Assembly (NCBI RefSeq): GCF_018350175.1
Contig: NC_058368.1
Location: forward strand, 126,668,001-126,732,000
Length of the DNA: 64,000 bases
Reading direction: 5' to 3'
DNA from: Felis catus
Taxonomy: Eukaryota
Part shown: positions 25,195 through 38,352 of the stretch, piece by piece
Layout: every line of letters begins with the position of its first letter
How positions within the stretch are numbered: the first letter of the stretch is position 1
Program-made: the position numbers and the translations under genes
Notes under the pieces: generated by a model
The model's database searches: none
Told to the model about the DNA's origin: nothing
The model's input: the letters and a program-made list of their open reading frames with translations, nothing else

Positions 25195-27102
25195 ATGGGT
25201 ATCTTTGCAAACCACTTGCAAATTCTTTGGGTGTTAGATGGGAAGTAAGGAAACAGATTATTTAAAACATAAAAAGGAAAGGCGTGGGGAGTCATCCCAG
25301 TAATTCTCAGCCCCAGTTCCACATACACATCACCTGGAGAGATATTTTTTTAATTCCTAAGATGAAGTCCCTAGAGGTTATGATTCAATCGTTCTGCATT
25401 GGAGTAATTAAAAACAAAAACAAAAACTCTATAAGCATTGAGAAAAATTGAATACATGAATGATTAAATTAGTGAGAAAGTAACAGAAAGGCATCCCTAT
25501 GTGATGAGCAGTAGTAGGCTGGGAAATTCCCTTACAAATTAGAAGTTGGCTGAGAAGCTATAGAGCTGTAGGGCTCCTGGAGGTTGAAGAGAATAAGGGA
25601 AATAGATGCTCCTGGAGGCATACAAGCTTCCAGAATTAAGAATGGGACTGCTGTTAAGATCTGTTCACTGGGTGAGGAAGAACAAATCCTATGCTCTTTG
25701 ACACCCCACTCTTCCCATATAAAGCACAAATCATACCCTAGGAGAGAATTGCTTTTTTGCATCACAGAAACATATTTTAAGGACTGTTTTTCAGAACATT
25801 GTGACTAGCCAAAGTCCATTCTCTACAACAGCAGATTGAACTCCTAGGAAATTACTTGCATACCCAAAACAGGGAAGAAGGGGTAATGATTGAGAAAGTT
25901 GATTGGTTTGTTTACAGCTCTCCAATCATAAATTATTCCATGCAGAATTCATTCATCTATGTGTAAAATATGAAAAACGTTTCATCATCTTTTGCTTCAT
26001 AATATGAAACAGAAGCAGAAAATAACATAAACCTTCTCTGTATATGTTTATGGAGGAGATAAAATAGAAAAATATATGATGGTGTTTTTTTTTTGTTTTG
26101 GCTTTGGTTTTACCTAATAACAGATTTTTTGATAACTGTGATCTAATACTGGTAAGGCTTTCTTAATTGCCATTTGTAGAGTAACCATGGTGACAAGCAT
26201 ATTGCTTCTGATTCCATTAACCTTGTTGAGATTAACCATAAATCCCAAAGGATCTTTTGCAGTGACTCAGAAATAAATCATCTTTTCACATGTATGTTAT
26301 TTGGTGACAGCCACGTTCTTTAAATGTGTCTGTAACCAACAAAGAAATAAGACAGCCTCTAATGAGGTGATTAAAAATCCATCTCCCAAATAAAAAACTT
26401 TACAAAATGCAGCAAATGACCAAAAAAGTAAACACATGGAAATTACACGTAAAGGAGGATTTATTCAACAAATGTGTGTCATATTCCAGCAGACATACAA
26501 GAGGAAGACCACTTTATCCCAGTTAGAAATTTACCTATGTATGACCTCGACCTCTGGAATGGAGACAAAATTTGATCTACTTTAATTAAAAAGATTTGCA
26601 ATTATTTAGAATATAGAAATCAGAAAGGATGAGTTGGAGCTGCATTTGGGAAGAGGGACAGCTGGTTGCCTAACCTAGGACTAATAATGTATTTGTAGAG
26701 TTGTTTACAACTTTGAAAGGGTGACCCCACCCCACCTTAAAACCACATTTGTCCTGCAGCAGCCACAGAGAATGAGTACAAAATGTGTTAGGCTCATTTT
26801 ATAGATGAAGATATTGAGACTAAAGAATGCAGAATGGTTTCCCCAGACTCAGTTAGTATTAGAGCTTTCTTTTAAATTGGTTGAACAAATTGGTAGGATT
26901 CTGAGTTGGGAGACATGGAAGTTGGATTAACATCCCAACATTCTTCTGACCTTAATTCATATTATGTCTTGATGAAATAAGTGCAAGTCAGGGTCTTTCT
27001 TAACTCATGGGGCTTATACTTCATCTGCAAATTTTCTTCAGTTAAAGGAGTACTCGGAGCTCATTCCAACCGTTGTCTTCATACATAAATACCAAGAAAA
27101 CA

Positions 27103-27673
27103 ATGGCATTTTACCGAATCTAAGATACACAATTTTTGTATGTTAACATCTTTGAAATTGGAATATGTCTTATAATCAGTGGCTTCTTACAGTCACTGTG
27201 CAACAGTAGCAAAGATGAATTTCATTGCCTGAACATGTGCTAACATAGTCATAGCTGCTTTTATTGTCATTACCTCAAGTGAGTAGCAGAAAGGGCTATA
27301 AATTTAATGTGAATGCTCATGTTGGAGTAATGACCATCATTTCATTTTTTCTTGAAAAGCAACAAAGCTACAGGACTTAAGAAGGAAAGTTAACAACAAA
27401 CAGTTGGGTTCATTGACTTTAGTATTGAGATAGTTATAGAATGATTATCATGTACTAAGGAAAGCAACTTAAGATCTGAAAATTGCTAAAATCCTCAGAA
27501 TACATAAAAGAAATTTCAGAGCAATAAGAAGCTGATGTGAATGAGAAATGTGTCTAACAAGACTATTGTGAAAGCATTGTGTTATAGTTTCATTGCTACT
27601 TAGTTTTGTTCTTGGTCATCCATCAAATCTTCATTGTATAATTCATAGCACCTTGGATTCTATGATATGTGGT
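27103..27673. mobile_element. MER104/Kanga-like (TcMar-Tc2) DNA transposon fossil
   Basis: 5' gaatctaagatacacaattttt...ttaacatctttgaaattgg...gtcttataatc and a degenerate inverted end ccttggattctatgatatgtggta. Confidence 0.6.
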
Positions 27674-29499
27674 AATTCATAAATCAATCCACATGATTCT
27701 GATCCCCTCTAGCTGGTGACTGGAGTTTGCCTAAAGCTACTCTGTTGGTGGTAGATATCATCAGTAAGTCCACAGTAGTCAAACCAAAGCCACACGTTGG
27801 GTATTTGCACCCCTGATTCCAATGATAAGATTAACCAGTTCTGATGGCAAATAAATCTTCTGTTCATCAGAGTACAAATACCCCAGACCATAATTTTAAT
27901 TGGTTAAAAAAAAGAAAATGGTTTCTATCAGCTATTGAAGGTTTTTAGATAAAGGTTTTAAATAATTTCCTAGTAACTAAAAAAAGAAAGTAACATTATT
28001 CCCTTGACAATTTAGGACATTGGGGAGGTTACATTAAAATATTAGTAAAAAAGGGAAGGGGAATGGTTTTGATACAATTATGGCTATAAATACGTTTTTA
28101 CAAATAAGGAATGGTAAATGTTGTGTATGCATAAATGTATAGCTTGTCACAGTAGCCTAAGACCCCATGGGTTATTAAATCAACAGAGATGAGACACTCA
28201 TACATGTTGAATGATAGAAGTACACATTCCATCAACATGGCTTCAGAGTATAAATCAGCCAAGTTGTTTCTTCTTCACCTTCACAAAGGTATACCCTGGT
28301 TAAGTTTATGCAAACAGGGTTGCAGAGGATGTTTGTCTAGGTTAGGAGTGCTAAATTTCTTCAAGTGAGCATTTGTCCCCTGTAAACTCAGAAAGCCATA
28401 TCCTTTATATCCTAGCCTCAACCCCGTCCTTACCAAAAGACACTCTCCTGTGACTCCCCTATCATTAACCTCATTCTGGTTATTTGATTTCTAGCTATGT
28501 GCCAGGATAACTTTCTCTATTTGGTTCCTAACTGCATGCCAGGATAACCTTGTCTGTTCATATAAGGGCTCTCTCCCTTGAGCCTTTCCAGGCATAGCCA
28601 AGACCAAGCCTTGACCAATAAGACCTATATGAGTGGAGGGATAACTTAAAAAATACCTGAGGAAATCCAATTAGATTTGAGTTACTTTGAAAGAACCTTT
28701 GGAATTTTTTTTGTAAAACTATGTTAGCCCTTGAAATTTCGTGTATGTTCATATATAGCATGCATTTTTACTCCTTAATTCACTATGAATTTACCATTTT
28801 TCATAGACCACAACCGTAAGTTGAGGTGAGAGAAAATTAGAGTTTTGAATGCTTGCTTTTATTTTCCCAGTTTATAGATGCATGCTGAATCTCCTGTTGC
28901 TAGCAGGGAATTGATTATTAACTTAGGTATCACTATTAGAAAGGTCATGTCTCCAGATTTTTCTGATAAAATATACTTAACTTCTGAGACGTTCACATGG
29001 GACACAGCCATTTTAATCTCATTTGAAAACTTGTACTTGGTTCAGGGGAATGCTCTGAAATAAAACAGTATCTGCCTTGTAGCTCTAATCATTATTCTCA
29101 TAAGGGAGAAATAGTGATCACATCTCACTGGAAGACGACCTGCTAGAGTTTACTATTTGCTTTTACTCTCTTTACAAGTTGAGAACAGACTGTCACATTT
29201 CCTATTTAATAATCCTGCAAGACTTGACAGTTGCTAAGCAGAAACATTTCTAAGCTTTTCTTTTTGACATTTTACTTTCTTTTAAATTTCTTTTAAACTT
29301 TCATCGTTTGTTTTTCAGTGTTTTAGTATCTCTTTCCTGACCACCCACTGAGTGCTAGGTCTTTTCCACATATCTTAGATTGTTGTTCTCAAATAAAAAC
29401 ATGACCAGCAGACAGGGAGGAGTAAAGAACGTGGCTTCCTTTCATCTTTTTCTCTAAAATGACAACAAGCACACGAGAATTTCACTTCTCAAAATAAGT

Positions 29500-29655
29500 A
29501 GCATGGTTACATGTTTAAGAGCATAGGCTTGAAAGCTATACTAACCTGGTTTTGATTTCCTCATCTGACACTTGACTAGCTGGCTGTTCTTGGGATAATC
29601 TCAGTGGTAAAATCGGGAGGATAATAATATCCCTCTGATTCTGAGAATTAAATTC
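29500..29655 (+). mobile_element. MIR fragment
   Basis: taagagcataggctt...acctggttttgatttcctcatctgacacttgactagctg...gtaaaatcgggaggataata. Confidence 0.6.
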
Positions 29656-29919
29656 ATGTCACCTATCTGACCTATTTAGGACTATACCTGCAAATATGAA
29701 CTATCACAATTCTATCTCAATTTCAAAATCAGAAGTTGGCTGTGTTCATCATGATCCATACTAGAAACTTATTCAGAATTCTGGATATCCTGCTTATAAC
29801 TTAAACTACCAGCCCATTATATTGTAATTTTTATAAAATTAACCTGGAATTTTTCTCTGTAAAATGTAAAGCATGGGTATATTAGTTGTTAGGATCCACT
29901 TTTAAAAATTAACATTATC

Positions 29920-30145
29920 GGGGCACCTGATTGACTCAGTAGACTGAGCATCTGACTTCAGCTCAGGTCACCATCTCACAGCTCCTGAGTTTGAGCCCTG
30001 TGTCTGTCTCTGTGCTGACCACTCAGAGCCTGGAGCCTGCTTCGGGTTCTGTGTCCCCATCTCTCTCTGCCCCTCCCACACTCACACTCTGTCTCTCTCT
30101 CTCTCTTAAAAATAAATAAACATTAAAAAAATTTTTAAGAGTTAG
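29920..30145 (+). mobile_element. CanSINE with a 14-bp TSD
   Basis: ggggcacctgattgactcag...; aaattaacattatc at 29906-29919 and 30146-30159. Confidence 0.93.
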
Positions 30146-30235
30146 AAATTAACATTATCTCCATATTTCCTAGGCCCTAATTGTCCTAGCTCTTTACATT
30201 GTTGTAATAAGGGAAAATGACTTTTTTCGTGTGAT

Positions 30236-30345
30236 GGACTGACCAACCATCTTGGGTTTCCTGGAACTGAGGAGTTTCTAGGAACATGAGATTTTTAGTG
30301 CAAAAACTGAGAACATGGTGAGCAAACCAGGATGATTGGCTGCTC
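30236..30345. mobile_element. MER94-like (hAT-Blackjack) fossil
   Basis: tgaccaaccatcttgggtttcctggaactg...ttttagtgcaaaaactg...gcaaaccaggatgattgg has inverted ends. Confidence 0.6.
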
Positions 30346-30425
30346 AGAGTATAAAGATATTACATAAGGTAGAGGTAGAAGGGAGAAATAGTAGTAATGC
30401 TAATATCACCAAATAAAACAGAATT

Positions 30426-30623
30426 ATTATTTTAAGTTTATGTATTTTGAGAGAGAGAAAGCATACATGAGCAGGGGAGGGGCAGAGAGAGAAAATCCCA
30501 AGCAGGCTCCATACTGTGAGTGCAGAGCCTGACATGGGGCTCAAACCCACAAACCGCAAGATCAAGACCTGAGCCGAAATCAAGAGTCAGACACTTAAGT
30601 GACTAAGACACCCAGGCACCCCC
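30426..30623 (-). mobile_element. CanSINE with TSD, 225 nt upstream of the RAB3C exon
   Basis: gacctgagccgaaatcaagagtcagacacttaa...cacccaggcacccc; aaaacagaatt on both sides. Confidence 0.92.
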
Positions 30624-30848
30624 AAAACAGAATTCTTAATACAACACCATTGTTCCCTGGATTTTTGATTCAGTCAGTCTCTAAGTATCTGAAGGGTGAA
30701 ATTGCACTGAACTAATTTATTCTAAATGTCAGGCATTCGGGCTTCATATTTTGCTATTATCCTCATCTGTAGGACATATTCCTTCTCTTTCATTTTATGT
30801 TGTTCTCTCCTCTGATCATTTTTTTTTTGCCTGTTCTTTTTCTTTCAG

Positions 30849-30973
30849 GTCAACTCAAATTAAAACATACTCTTGGGATAATGCCCAGGTTATCCTGGTT
30901 GGGAACAAATGTGACATGGAAGATGAGCGGGTCATCTCAACGGAGAGAGGCCAACATTTAGGAGAACAGCTTG
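30849..30973 (+). CDS. RAB3C: Internal coding exon (125 nt, probably the penultimate exon) of Ras-related protein Rab-3C
   Basis: Long polypyrimidine tract then tttcag|G at 30848/30849; donor G|gtaagt at 30973/30974. Translates (W)[41 protein letters not shown](G), containing the G4 NKxD motif; [14 protein letters not shown] is the Rab3C-specific sequence as recalled. Confidence 0.96.
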
Positions 30974-30984
30974 GTAAGTGATAA

Positions 30985-30987
<3 letters not shown>

Positions 30988-31027
<40 letters not shown>
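30988..31027. repeat. (CA)20 microsatellite 14 nt into the intron
   Basis: Read directly from the sequence. Confidence 0.97.
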
Positions 31028-31030
<3 letters not shown>

Positions 31031-31674
31031 CAGAGGTTGGTAATTATTTGCAACACTGCACAGAGTAACCGCTAATTGCTAGGGTGGGTGTAATGAAAAG
31101 ACTGTCAACTTTGAATGGAAACCAACATATCCTTGGTAAGTAAGAAGTGGATCTCCTCCCACTTTCTCTGGCACTGTTAGAATCCAAGCATAATAACAAA
31201 ATCAAAATAGCCAGAATGTTGATCTAGTACAAGGTATTCAAATTCTTTTTCATGAGAAACACAGTTTAAGCCTTGCCTGCTATTTTTTTGTTGCTATTTT
31301 TTCCTCCATATGCAACATTTTGTGTTGAGTGAGCACTTTATTATAATGTGTGATTATTGTCAGGTTTCTACTTGAGTTCAGAAGCACAAATAGGTCATAT
31401 TATTGATAGTGGTTCTGGGGACATGGCTGACAACTTGTTGCTGTTAAAAATGTCTTTGAGATTCCATCTCCTCATCTCTCAAGAATGAGTATCATGACCC
31501 AGGCCTACTTTACCAAGTTTTTGTAGATAAAACCAAGGTAAAAAATAGATACTAGCTTTAGAAGTCGCAAAGCCATTTTAAACACAAAACAGTGTGTCTT
31601 AAGAGAAAAATACTTGAGTGAGTAGGGTAGAGTTTTGGTGCACAGCAGGGACTCGTGACTGATTTTTCAGCTCA

Positions 31675-31800
31675 AGGCATTTTATACTGAGCACCTGTTA
31701 TATGCCCTGCCCTATGCCAAATAGCACAGGGAATACAAAAATGTATGATTCACAGTCCCTGGGCTCAAGTTGCTTTCAGTCAAGTGGGAAAACTGGAGAT
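31675..31800 (-). mobile_element. L2 3' fragment
   Basis: actgagcacctgttatatgccctgccctatgccaa...gggaatacaaaaatg...cacagtccctgggctcaagttgctttcagtc. Confidence 0.6.
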
Positions 31801-32352
31801 AGGCATAGAAAAGCAGAAACAGCAAGACAATAAAAACAGGATAATTAACTAGGAGGTATACACCAAAGGGAAAGCAACAGGGGGAAGGAGGCAGATCAGG
31901 AGAGGGGTGCCAGGGGCTATGGGAGCAAAGTGGGACAGCAGGCAGGTAAAACTCAAAGCAGACAGGACACCTGTAGAGAAAGTGTGTGGAATTGAGCAGA
32001 ACAGCTACAAAGAAATTATTGATGAAAGGACATAGAGATCATATGGGTTCAATGCCAAGATAAGGCCTGAATGGACCCTAAAGGAGGACAGAATATGAAA
32101 ACCACAAAGGGGAGAGGAAACGTTATGAATAAAGGGCACAATGGAGCAAAGACATTTAGAGGAGAATGAGTAAAAAAGTTAGAACCTAGCATAATATTAT
32201 GGAAGTGGAGAGTGGATTTGGGAAACAATTCAAGCCCTAGAGCAAAAGAGCTGGAATTTTTTTTTATTATTCCTCTCCCTCTTCCTTCCCCTTCCCCTCT
32301 CCCTCTTCCTCCTTACACAACAGAAAACCTGGAGGTATTCTTAGTAGACTCT

Positions 32353-32604
32353 GGCTCTCCAGCCTTTTTGGCCAGTACCTACAGTAAAAAACATGTTTAA
32401 TCTAGCAACCCAGTGCATATGTATGTACAGAGAAAGAATGAAACAGAAGTTTCGCAAAGTATATTTACCCTCAGTAGATGAGATTCATTCTGATATTTTT
32501 CTATCCTCTTCTTTTTCTCCTTTTATCTTTTAATAGTGGTCTCAACCCACTCTTGATTTTAGGACCTAGTGATGGGCCTCAACCTACAATTTGAAAAGCA
32601 CTGC
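32353..32604. mobile_element. MER119-like hAT-Charlie fossil
   Basis: acctacagtaaaaaacatgtttaatctagcaacccag ... caacccact...gacctagtgatgggcctcaacctacaatttgaaaagcactg. Confidence 0.55.
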
Positions 32605-33396
32605 TATGAAGGGGTGCTTTGGGAGTATTCAGCTGATACTGGGTGGCACAGATTAGAAAAGCAGAGAGCCTCTCATTGGGTCACTTTATCATGTGGTAAT
32701 CTCATAAAAGAACTATGAGCAATCCAGTCTGAGAGCTTGAATATTTCTTCATGAGATCAGTGCTCTCATCAGTGGCCCTAACGGCCATTACCCAATGGCC
32801 ACAAGAATCCTTCTATCAATGTTTGTGGAGCTGCCCAGGAGAAAGTCACATAGCTGACGTCTTGTCTCTCTGTGGTTGCTCTTGAGCATTTATCATTTCA
32901 TTCAGAGGGGCTCTCCCATTCTATCACTTTTTTTTTTTTTCCTTAAGTCTGAAAACTTGGCACTCTCTCTTTAATCCCCTCAGCACTTCAAGAAGTTAGG
33001 GGTGGAGAATAGGAGGTCTCCAAGAGAGAAGGGAAACCTAGGAGAGGCTTAGCAGGGTGGTTTCTTGAAACCCTCTCTTCTCACCCTTTATTTTCTTCAC
33101 TTGTCAGGCATATGCCACATTGAGGGCAGGGGAACTGCTCCACAGATAGAAAGTGCCTCTATATATTAATCTGAAAATTGTTTGGTTCAAACAAAAATAT
33201 ATTGAAGCCAAGTACTGTTTAATGTTAGGAGTACAAAAGAGCCTGGTAACTGCATAAATTCTTTACTACTCTAATAAAGTAGTAATTTTACTGGGTAATT
33301 TACTTGGGTGTTCCAAAGTAAATTACTTGGGTGTAATTTACTTGGGTGTTCCAAAGAGCAGGTTATGGAAGGAAGCATTAGAATGATGGGAATGCA

Positions 33397-33612
33397 GGGT
33401 GCCTGGGTGGCTCAGCCCTTGAAGCATCTGATTCTGGATTCCGGCTTAGGTCATAGTCTTACAGTTTCTGAGATCAAGCCCCACATAGGGCTCTGCACTG
33501 ACAGTGTGGAGTCTTCTTGGGTTTCTCTCTCTCCCTATCTCTCTGCCTCTTCCCCACTCGTGTGCATTTTCTCCCTCTCTCTCTCAAACTAAATAAACAT
33601 AAAAACAAAAAA
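33397..33612 (+). mobile_element. CanSINE with TSD
   Basis: gggtgcctgggtggctcag...; aatgatgggaatgca / aatgatgggtgtgca flanks. Confidence 0.92.
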
Positions 33613-34610
33613 ATAATGATGGGTGTGCATCAAGAGGGTGACCTTTATTAGAACGCCTATGACTGGCATCAACATAACCCCTTTCATATAATACAGAGAT
33701 GTAGGAAAGTTCCTGAAATTGTGAGGCAGAAATGTTTTACACTCCTGTGCAAATGGTTTCTAATTGACTTTTTTTTTTTTGCTATTTAATATAACCCATC
33801 AGTTGTTATAGCAACCAACACTTGTACATTCTTAGAGAGTCATTTACCTCCTTTAATGTGGCTTGTTCTGATGACTGCACACACTTCGACAAATGATCAT
33901 GAGAGATCATTTGTATGGAAATAAAACCACTCTCACAATCTAAATTATTTTAAAGGTTTTTGCTTTATTTTTAAAAAGTACTAGTAAATCTCCAGAATAC
34001 TCTCACATAGACACAGAGATCGGGCACTTCTTTTTACTTGTCATTTCCACATTTGGGTGGATGGTTGGAAATAACTGTTCCATCAGTCTGGTTACAATTA
34101 ATTCTTCATTGTGGACGGTTAAACCCACGTAACATTTGCTAACCCTGATGAGGGTACTTGAAGGAACTCAGTTGTAGCTAAGGTATTTAAAATCTGTGTA
34201 TGGCTGCTGCTCTTGTTAATGCAGTTTAGTTCACCAGACCTCTACTAAGTGTTTACAGTGTGTCAGCTGTTAGGAATACCATACCCTACCTTCCAGGAGT
34301 AAACATAGGAGTACCTGAGATAAAGTATACAGACAGCATTTTTCTGGCTTTCTCTTTCCTGACTGTTCCACTTGGCCCTGTTGGGTATGCCCTCGTTGTA
34401 GAACTTGGCCTTCTTTGCTTCCATCCCATGTTGCCCTCCATTCTCCCTCCCTCCCGAGTCATACTTTCTGTTTTCTTGGAAGACCCCTCCTCTTTCTGCT
34501 ACTTGCACTTTGGCTTTCCTTCTTGGGCTCACCATTCTTCATTATCTCCATGTTCCCTTAGATGTTCCTATCCACTTCCATGGTTAGACATACAGACCAT
34601 GAAAACCAAA

Positions 34611-34990
34611 TCTTTTTTTTTTTTTAATTTTAATTCCAGTAGAGTTAACACACAGGGTTTTATTAGGTTTAGGTATACAATGTAGTGATTTAACACTTCC
34701 ATACCTTACCCAGGTTCATCACAAGTACATTCCTTAACCCCATCATCTGTATCATTGTTCCCTGCCTGCCTTCTAGTAACCATAAGTTTGTTCTCTATAG
34801 TAAGAATGGGTTTCTTGGTTTGTCTTTTTTCTCTTCACTTTTTTGTTTCATTTCTTAAATTCCACCTATGAGTGAAATCACGTGGTATTTCTTGTTCTCT
34901 GACTTACTTCACTTAGCATAATACACTCTAGCTCCATCCATGTCATTGCCAATGGCAAGATTTCATTCTTTTTCATGGCTGAATAACATT

Positions 34991-35042
<52 letters not shown>

Positions 35043-35276
35043 ATCTTCTTTATCCATTCATCAATTGATAGACATTTGGGATGCTTAAAAAAATTGGCTA
35101 TTGTAAATGCTGCTATAAACATAAGAGGGAATACAGCCTTTGATTTAGTGTTTTTGTATTTTTTAAGTAAATACCAGTAGTGCAATTACTAGAAAAAAGT
35201 TGCATTTCTAACTTTTGAGGAATCACCATACTTCTTCCACAGTGGCTACATCAGCTTGCATTCCCACCAACAGTGA
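34611..35276 (-). mobile_element. 5'-truncated carnivore L1 3' end containing (TG)23 at 34993-35038
   Basis: T tail, 3'UTR and ORF2 end (FIAAFTIA...KHPKCLSIDEWIKKM). Confidence 0.88.
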
Positions 35277-37995
35277 CAATGAAATCTGGTTCTAGCCCCG
35301 ACCGCTCCCTTGAGCTGTAGATTCCTCTATCTACCCCCATAGCTGTGCTTCTTATTTAGGGTGGTCCTTTAATCATCTGCAGCTAAATTGTCTGAGCTTC
35401 TTTTTCAGGTGCACATTGTCAACCCTCTCAAGCCTGTTGCATTAGAGTTTCTAAAGTGAAAGCCCAGAATCTAAATTTTTAAGAAGCACCCTCTGAATTT
35501 CACACAACAGAATCACATTTTAGAATGAGGGCTTAGATAGTGGCAAGTTTTCGGAGAGAGTAGAGAATTGCTCCTAGAGCTTTACAATATCTTATAGCTG
35601 ATTCTATTCTTCTAATGCATGTTTTTAACATTTACTACAGATGCATGTAACTATAACAATATATAGGAATGTTTTAGATTTGTATTTAGTTTAAATGACA
35701 TTTATAACATGTCAATAATCTAAATAAATGTACAATATAACTTAAAATTTGAAGGTAAAACTTAAGTTCAAAAAAATAGAAATAAATTTTTTCTAAAATG
35801 GAAGTCACTTAACTAGAACTAAGAACAAATAAATTTATAGAGGGGAAGGGATTTGTATTGCTTTGAAATTATAGACGAAAGAATATTTGAACTATTTTTA
35901 TAAGCTCTGGCAGGGCAGAAAGTACAGAAATTCTGAAGTTTGCCAAAAATGTAGTCAAAGAAACAAAGACTGAAGATAAATTAAAATTGAGAGAAGTGAT
36001 TATATTTTATAAATAATTTGTAAGGATCCAGTTTTGAAATGTTTCTAATTTGGATTAATATTTATTCCTAAAGCAAATAGTAGATACTTATTCCCTATTA
36101 CTCTGCATTCACATAGTTGTCATGATATTATGTGCATGCATTCCTAAATTCCAGACCCTTCCTCTGTATATTTTCCCTTATCTAGTACAGAGACCCCATG
36201 AGGATTTCTGACAACTATAAAATAGGTTAACACTTGGCCACTTTTCCAATCTGAAATAATTTTCCTACCATTTTACCAGTGTAATGACTTACTTTGTTTT
36301 GGTTATTCATCTGACAAATATTTATTAAACACTGACAGTGACATCAGGGAGTCATAAAATATGTATCTTTTCTGTTAGGAAGCTGAACATGTGTTCTGTA
36401 TATCAGAAATATAATTAATATCTTGAATACATAAATTAAACAGCTGGAAAACATCAAAACAAGTGCAGTTTGAAGGGTGGAGGAGGGACATGGAATTGTA
36501 TGAGTCGATAGTTGCTTCTGTTTTAGGAATATGAAGACCAACAAAACTCATTCTGTCTATACTATGAAGCACACTGATTCCATAAAGACTAGCTTAACTG
36601 ATCCCTTCAAGGGAATAATCTGTTGAGGCAGAAAGAGGTAAATTAAAGACAAAGAGAAAAGGATGCTCTTTCACATCATAAAGACTATACTAAAGGAACT
36701 GTTTCTTGTTGTAGTACAGACAGGATATATAATTACATCTTAAAAGGTCTAGATAAATCAAGGCAGCCAGATTCACTATGTCTGAAAGTGTTTGGACTCT
36801 CTGTGGATATTTCTATGCTATCAAGGTTAAAAATTTGGGCGCATTGACCATACTACCTCACATGCCTTGATATTACTGGTGGAGACAAGTTAACTGAGAT
36901 GAATGGAACATCATTGTAACTCAGCCAGGAAAGTCTGCCTTTTTGGGTTTTAGTGATTATTCTTCAGATTCCTGCTGAACCTGGGGTCCCTAACTTGAGA
37001 ATTCTTATTCCAGGTTTATGTAATCTGCTCTGCTCCTATGAATATTTTAGCACAAACCACCCTTGTCTTTGGCTGCCAACCCAGAGAAGAGAAAGCAAGG
37101 CAATGATTATAATGTGAAATTATGTTATCCTGGGAAACCATGAACTTTTGGATCCATGTGGTCTGACCCTAAGCAGCCAGATTCTCTTCATATGTTTTTC
37201 ATTGGACATAATTATAATAATAGCATTATACCTTCCCTGACCTCTAAACTCACTCCTGAGTCATTGTATCCTTAGTACAACTTTGAGGTACAGAATACGT
37301 CTTAACTGAATTCATTTTTCTGTTTTACAGTCCAGGTGGAAATTAGTTCCTATATAACTAGTAAGTTGATTTAAACTCTGTTCTTGGATGCCACAGTCTT
37401 CCAGTGATCTACAGACTTCTAATGGAAGATGCCAGAAAATGACTACATCATTAATTAAGGATAAATTCTCTTAAATGCAATCTTATCCAAATACATAACT
37501 TCTCTTTTCAACAAATGCCAGTCTTTTGGAGTCTCCTCCAAAATTATTTTATTAGTTAATTAAAACTAGAAAACTCTTTAACCATTCTGTGCTTTCTTTT
37601 TCTTAGTACCTTTAGAATTTCTTAGTACCTTTAGAACACCAATTTAGAGCATCTGTAATCAAGACCACTTAAGGAAGTTCTCTTCCAAATAATGAAAAAT
37701 CAAAGAATTGTAGAGTGTACTATTATCTTGATGGTTTTATGCCCTGAGCCATATCAGACTGCTCTGAGATGGGAATAACAGATGAATTAACTCAGAAGTC
37801 ACAGGTGGGCCTCAGAACACTGATAGGATCTCTTTCTTTCTCAGCCATTCAAGTCACATAAAAGCAAAGCAGGGAGAGGGAAATAAATCTAGAAGCAAGA
37901 TTGGATCCAGAGTAAGGATTCTGAAAAAAAAATCCCAGTACTCGAGCCATATTCAGGCCAATTAGTTGGAATCTCTAAAATGGGACCCAAAGTAT

Positions 37996-38350
37996 TTTTA
38001 AATTATTTTTGTTGAAGTATAATTGACATATAACATCATATTAGTTTCAGGAGTAAAAAAAAATACATATATATATTGCAAAATGATCACAATAATTTGA
38101 GGTAACCTCTGTTACCATACTTAGAAATTTTTTTTCTTGTGATGAGAACTTGTAAGATCTACTCTCAAAACAAGTTTTAAATAAAAAATCAGTATCATTA
38201 ACTAAAGTCGCCATGCTATACATTATATTTCTGTGAGTGATTTATTGTATTACTGGAGATTTTTATATTTTGTCCCCCTTCACCCATTTTGTCCACCCCT
38301 GACTCTGAGCCTTTAGTAGCCATCAATCTGTTCTCTGTATCTTTGTGATT
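37996..38350 (-). mobile_element. L1MA9-like 3'UTR fragment
   Basis: gttgaagtataattgacatataacat...ttcttgtgatgagaacttgtaagatctactctc...cccttcacccattt. Confidence 0.75.
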
Positions 38351-38352
38351 CA

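Noticed and set aside
30751..30981. 76-aa ORF as a standalone gene
   Set aside because: Only 30849-30973 is Rab-like; the N-terminal part is translated polypyrimidine tract and the splice signals are canonical.
33889..33914. 10-bp inverted repeat acaaatgatc / gatcatttgt
   Set aside because: Too short to distinguish from chance without outgroup data.
34260..34685. 141-aa hydrophobic ORF
   Set aside because: A pyrimidine-rich stretch running into an L1 tail, with no recognisable homology or splice support.
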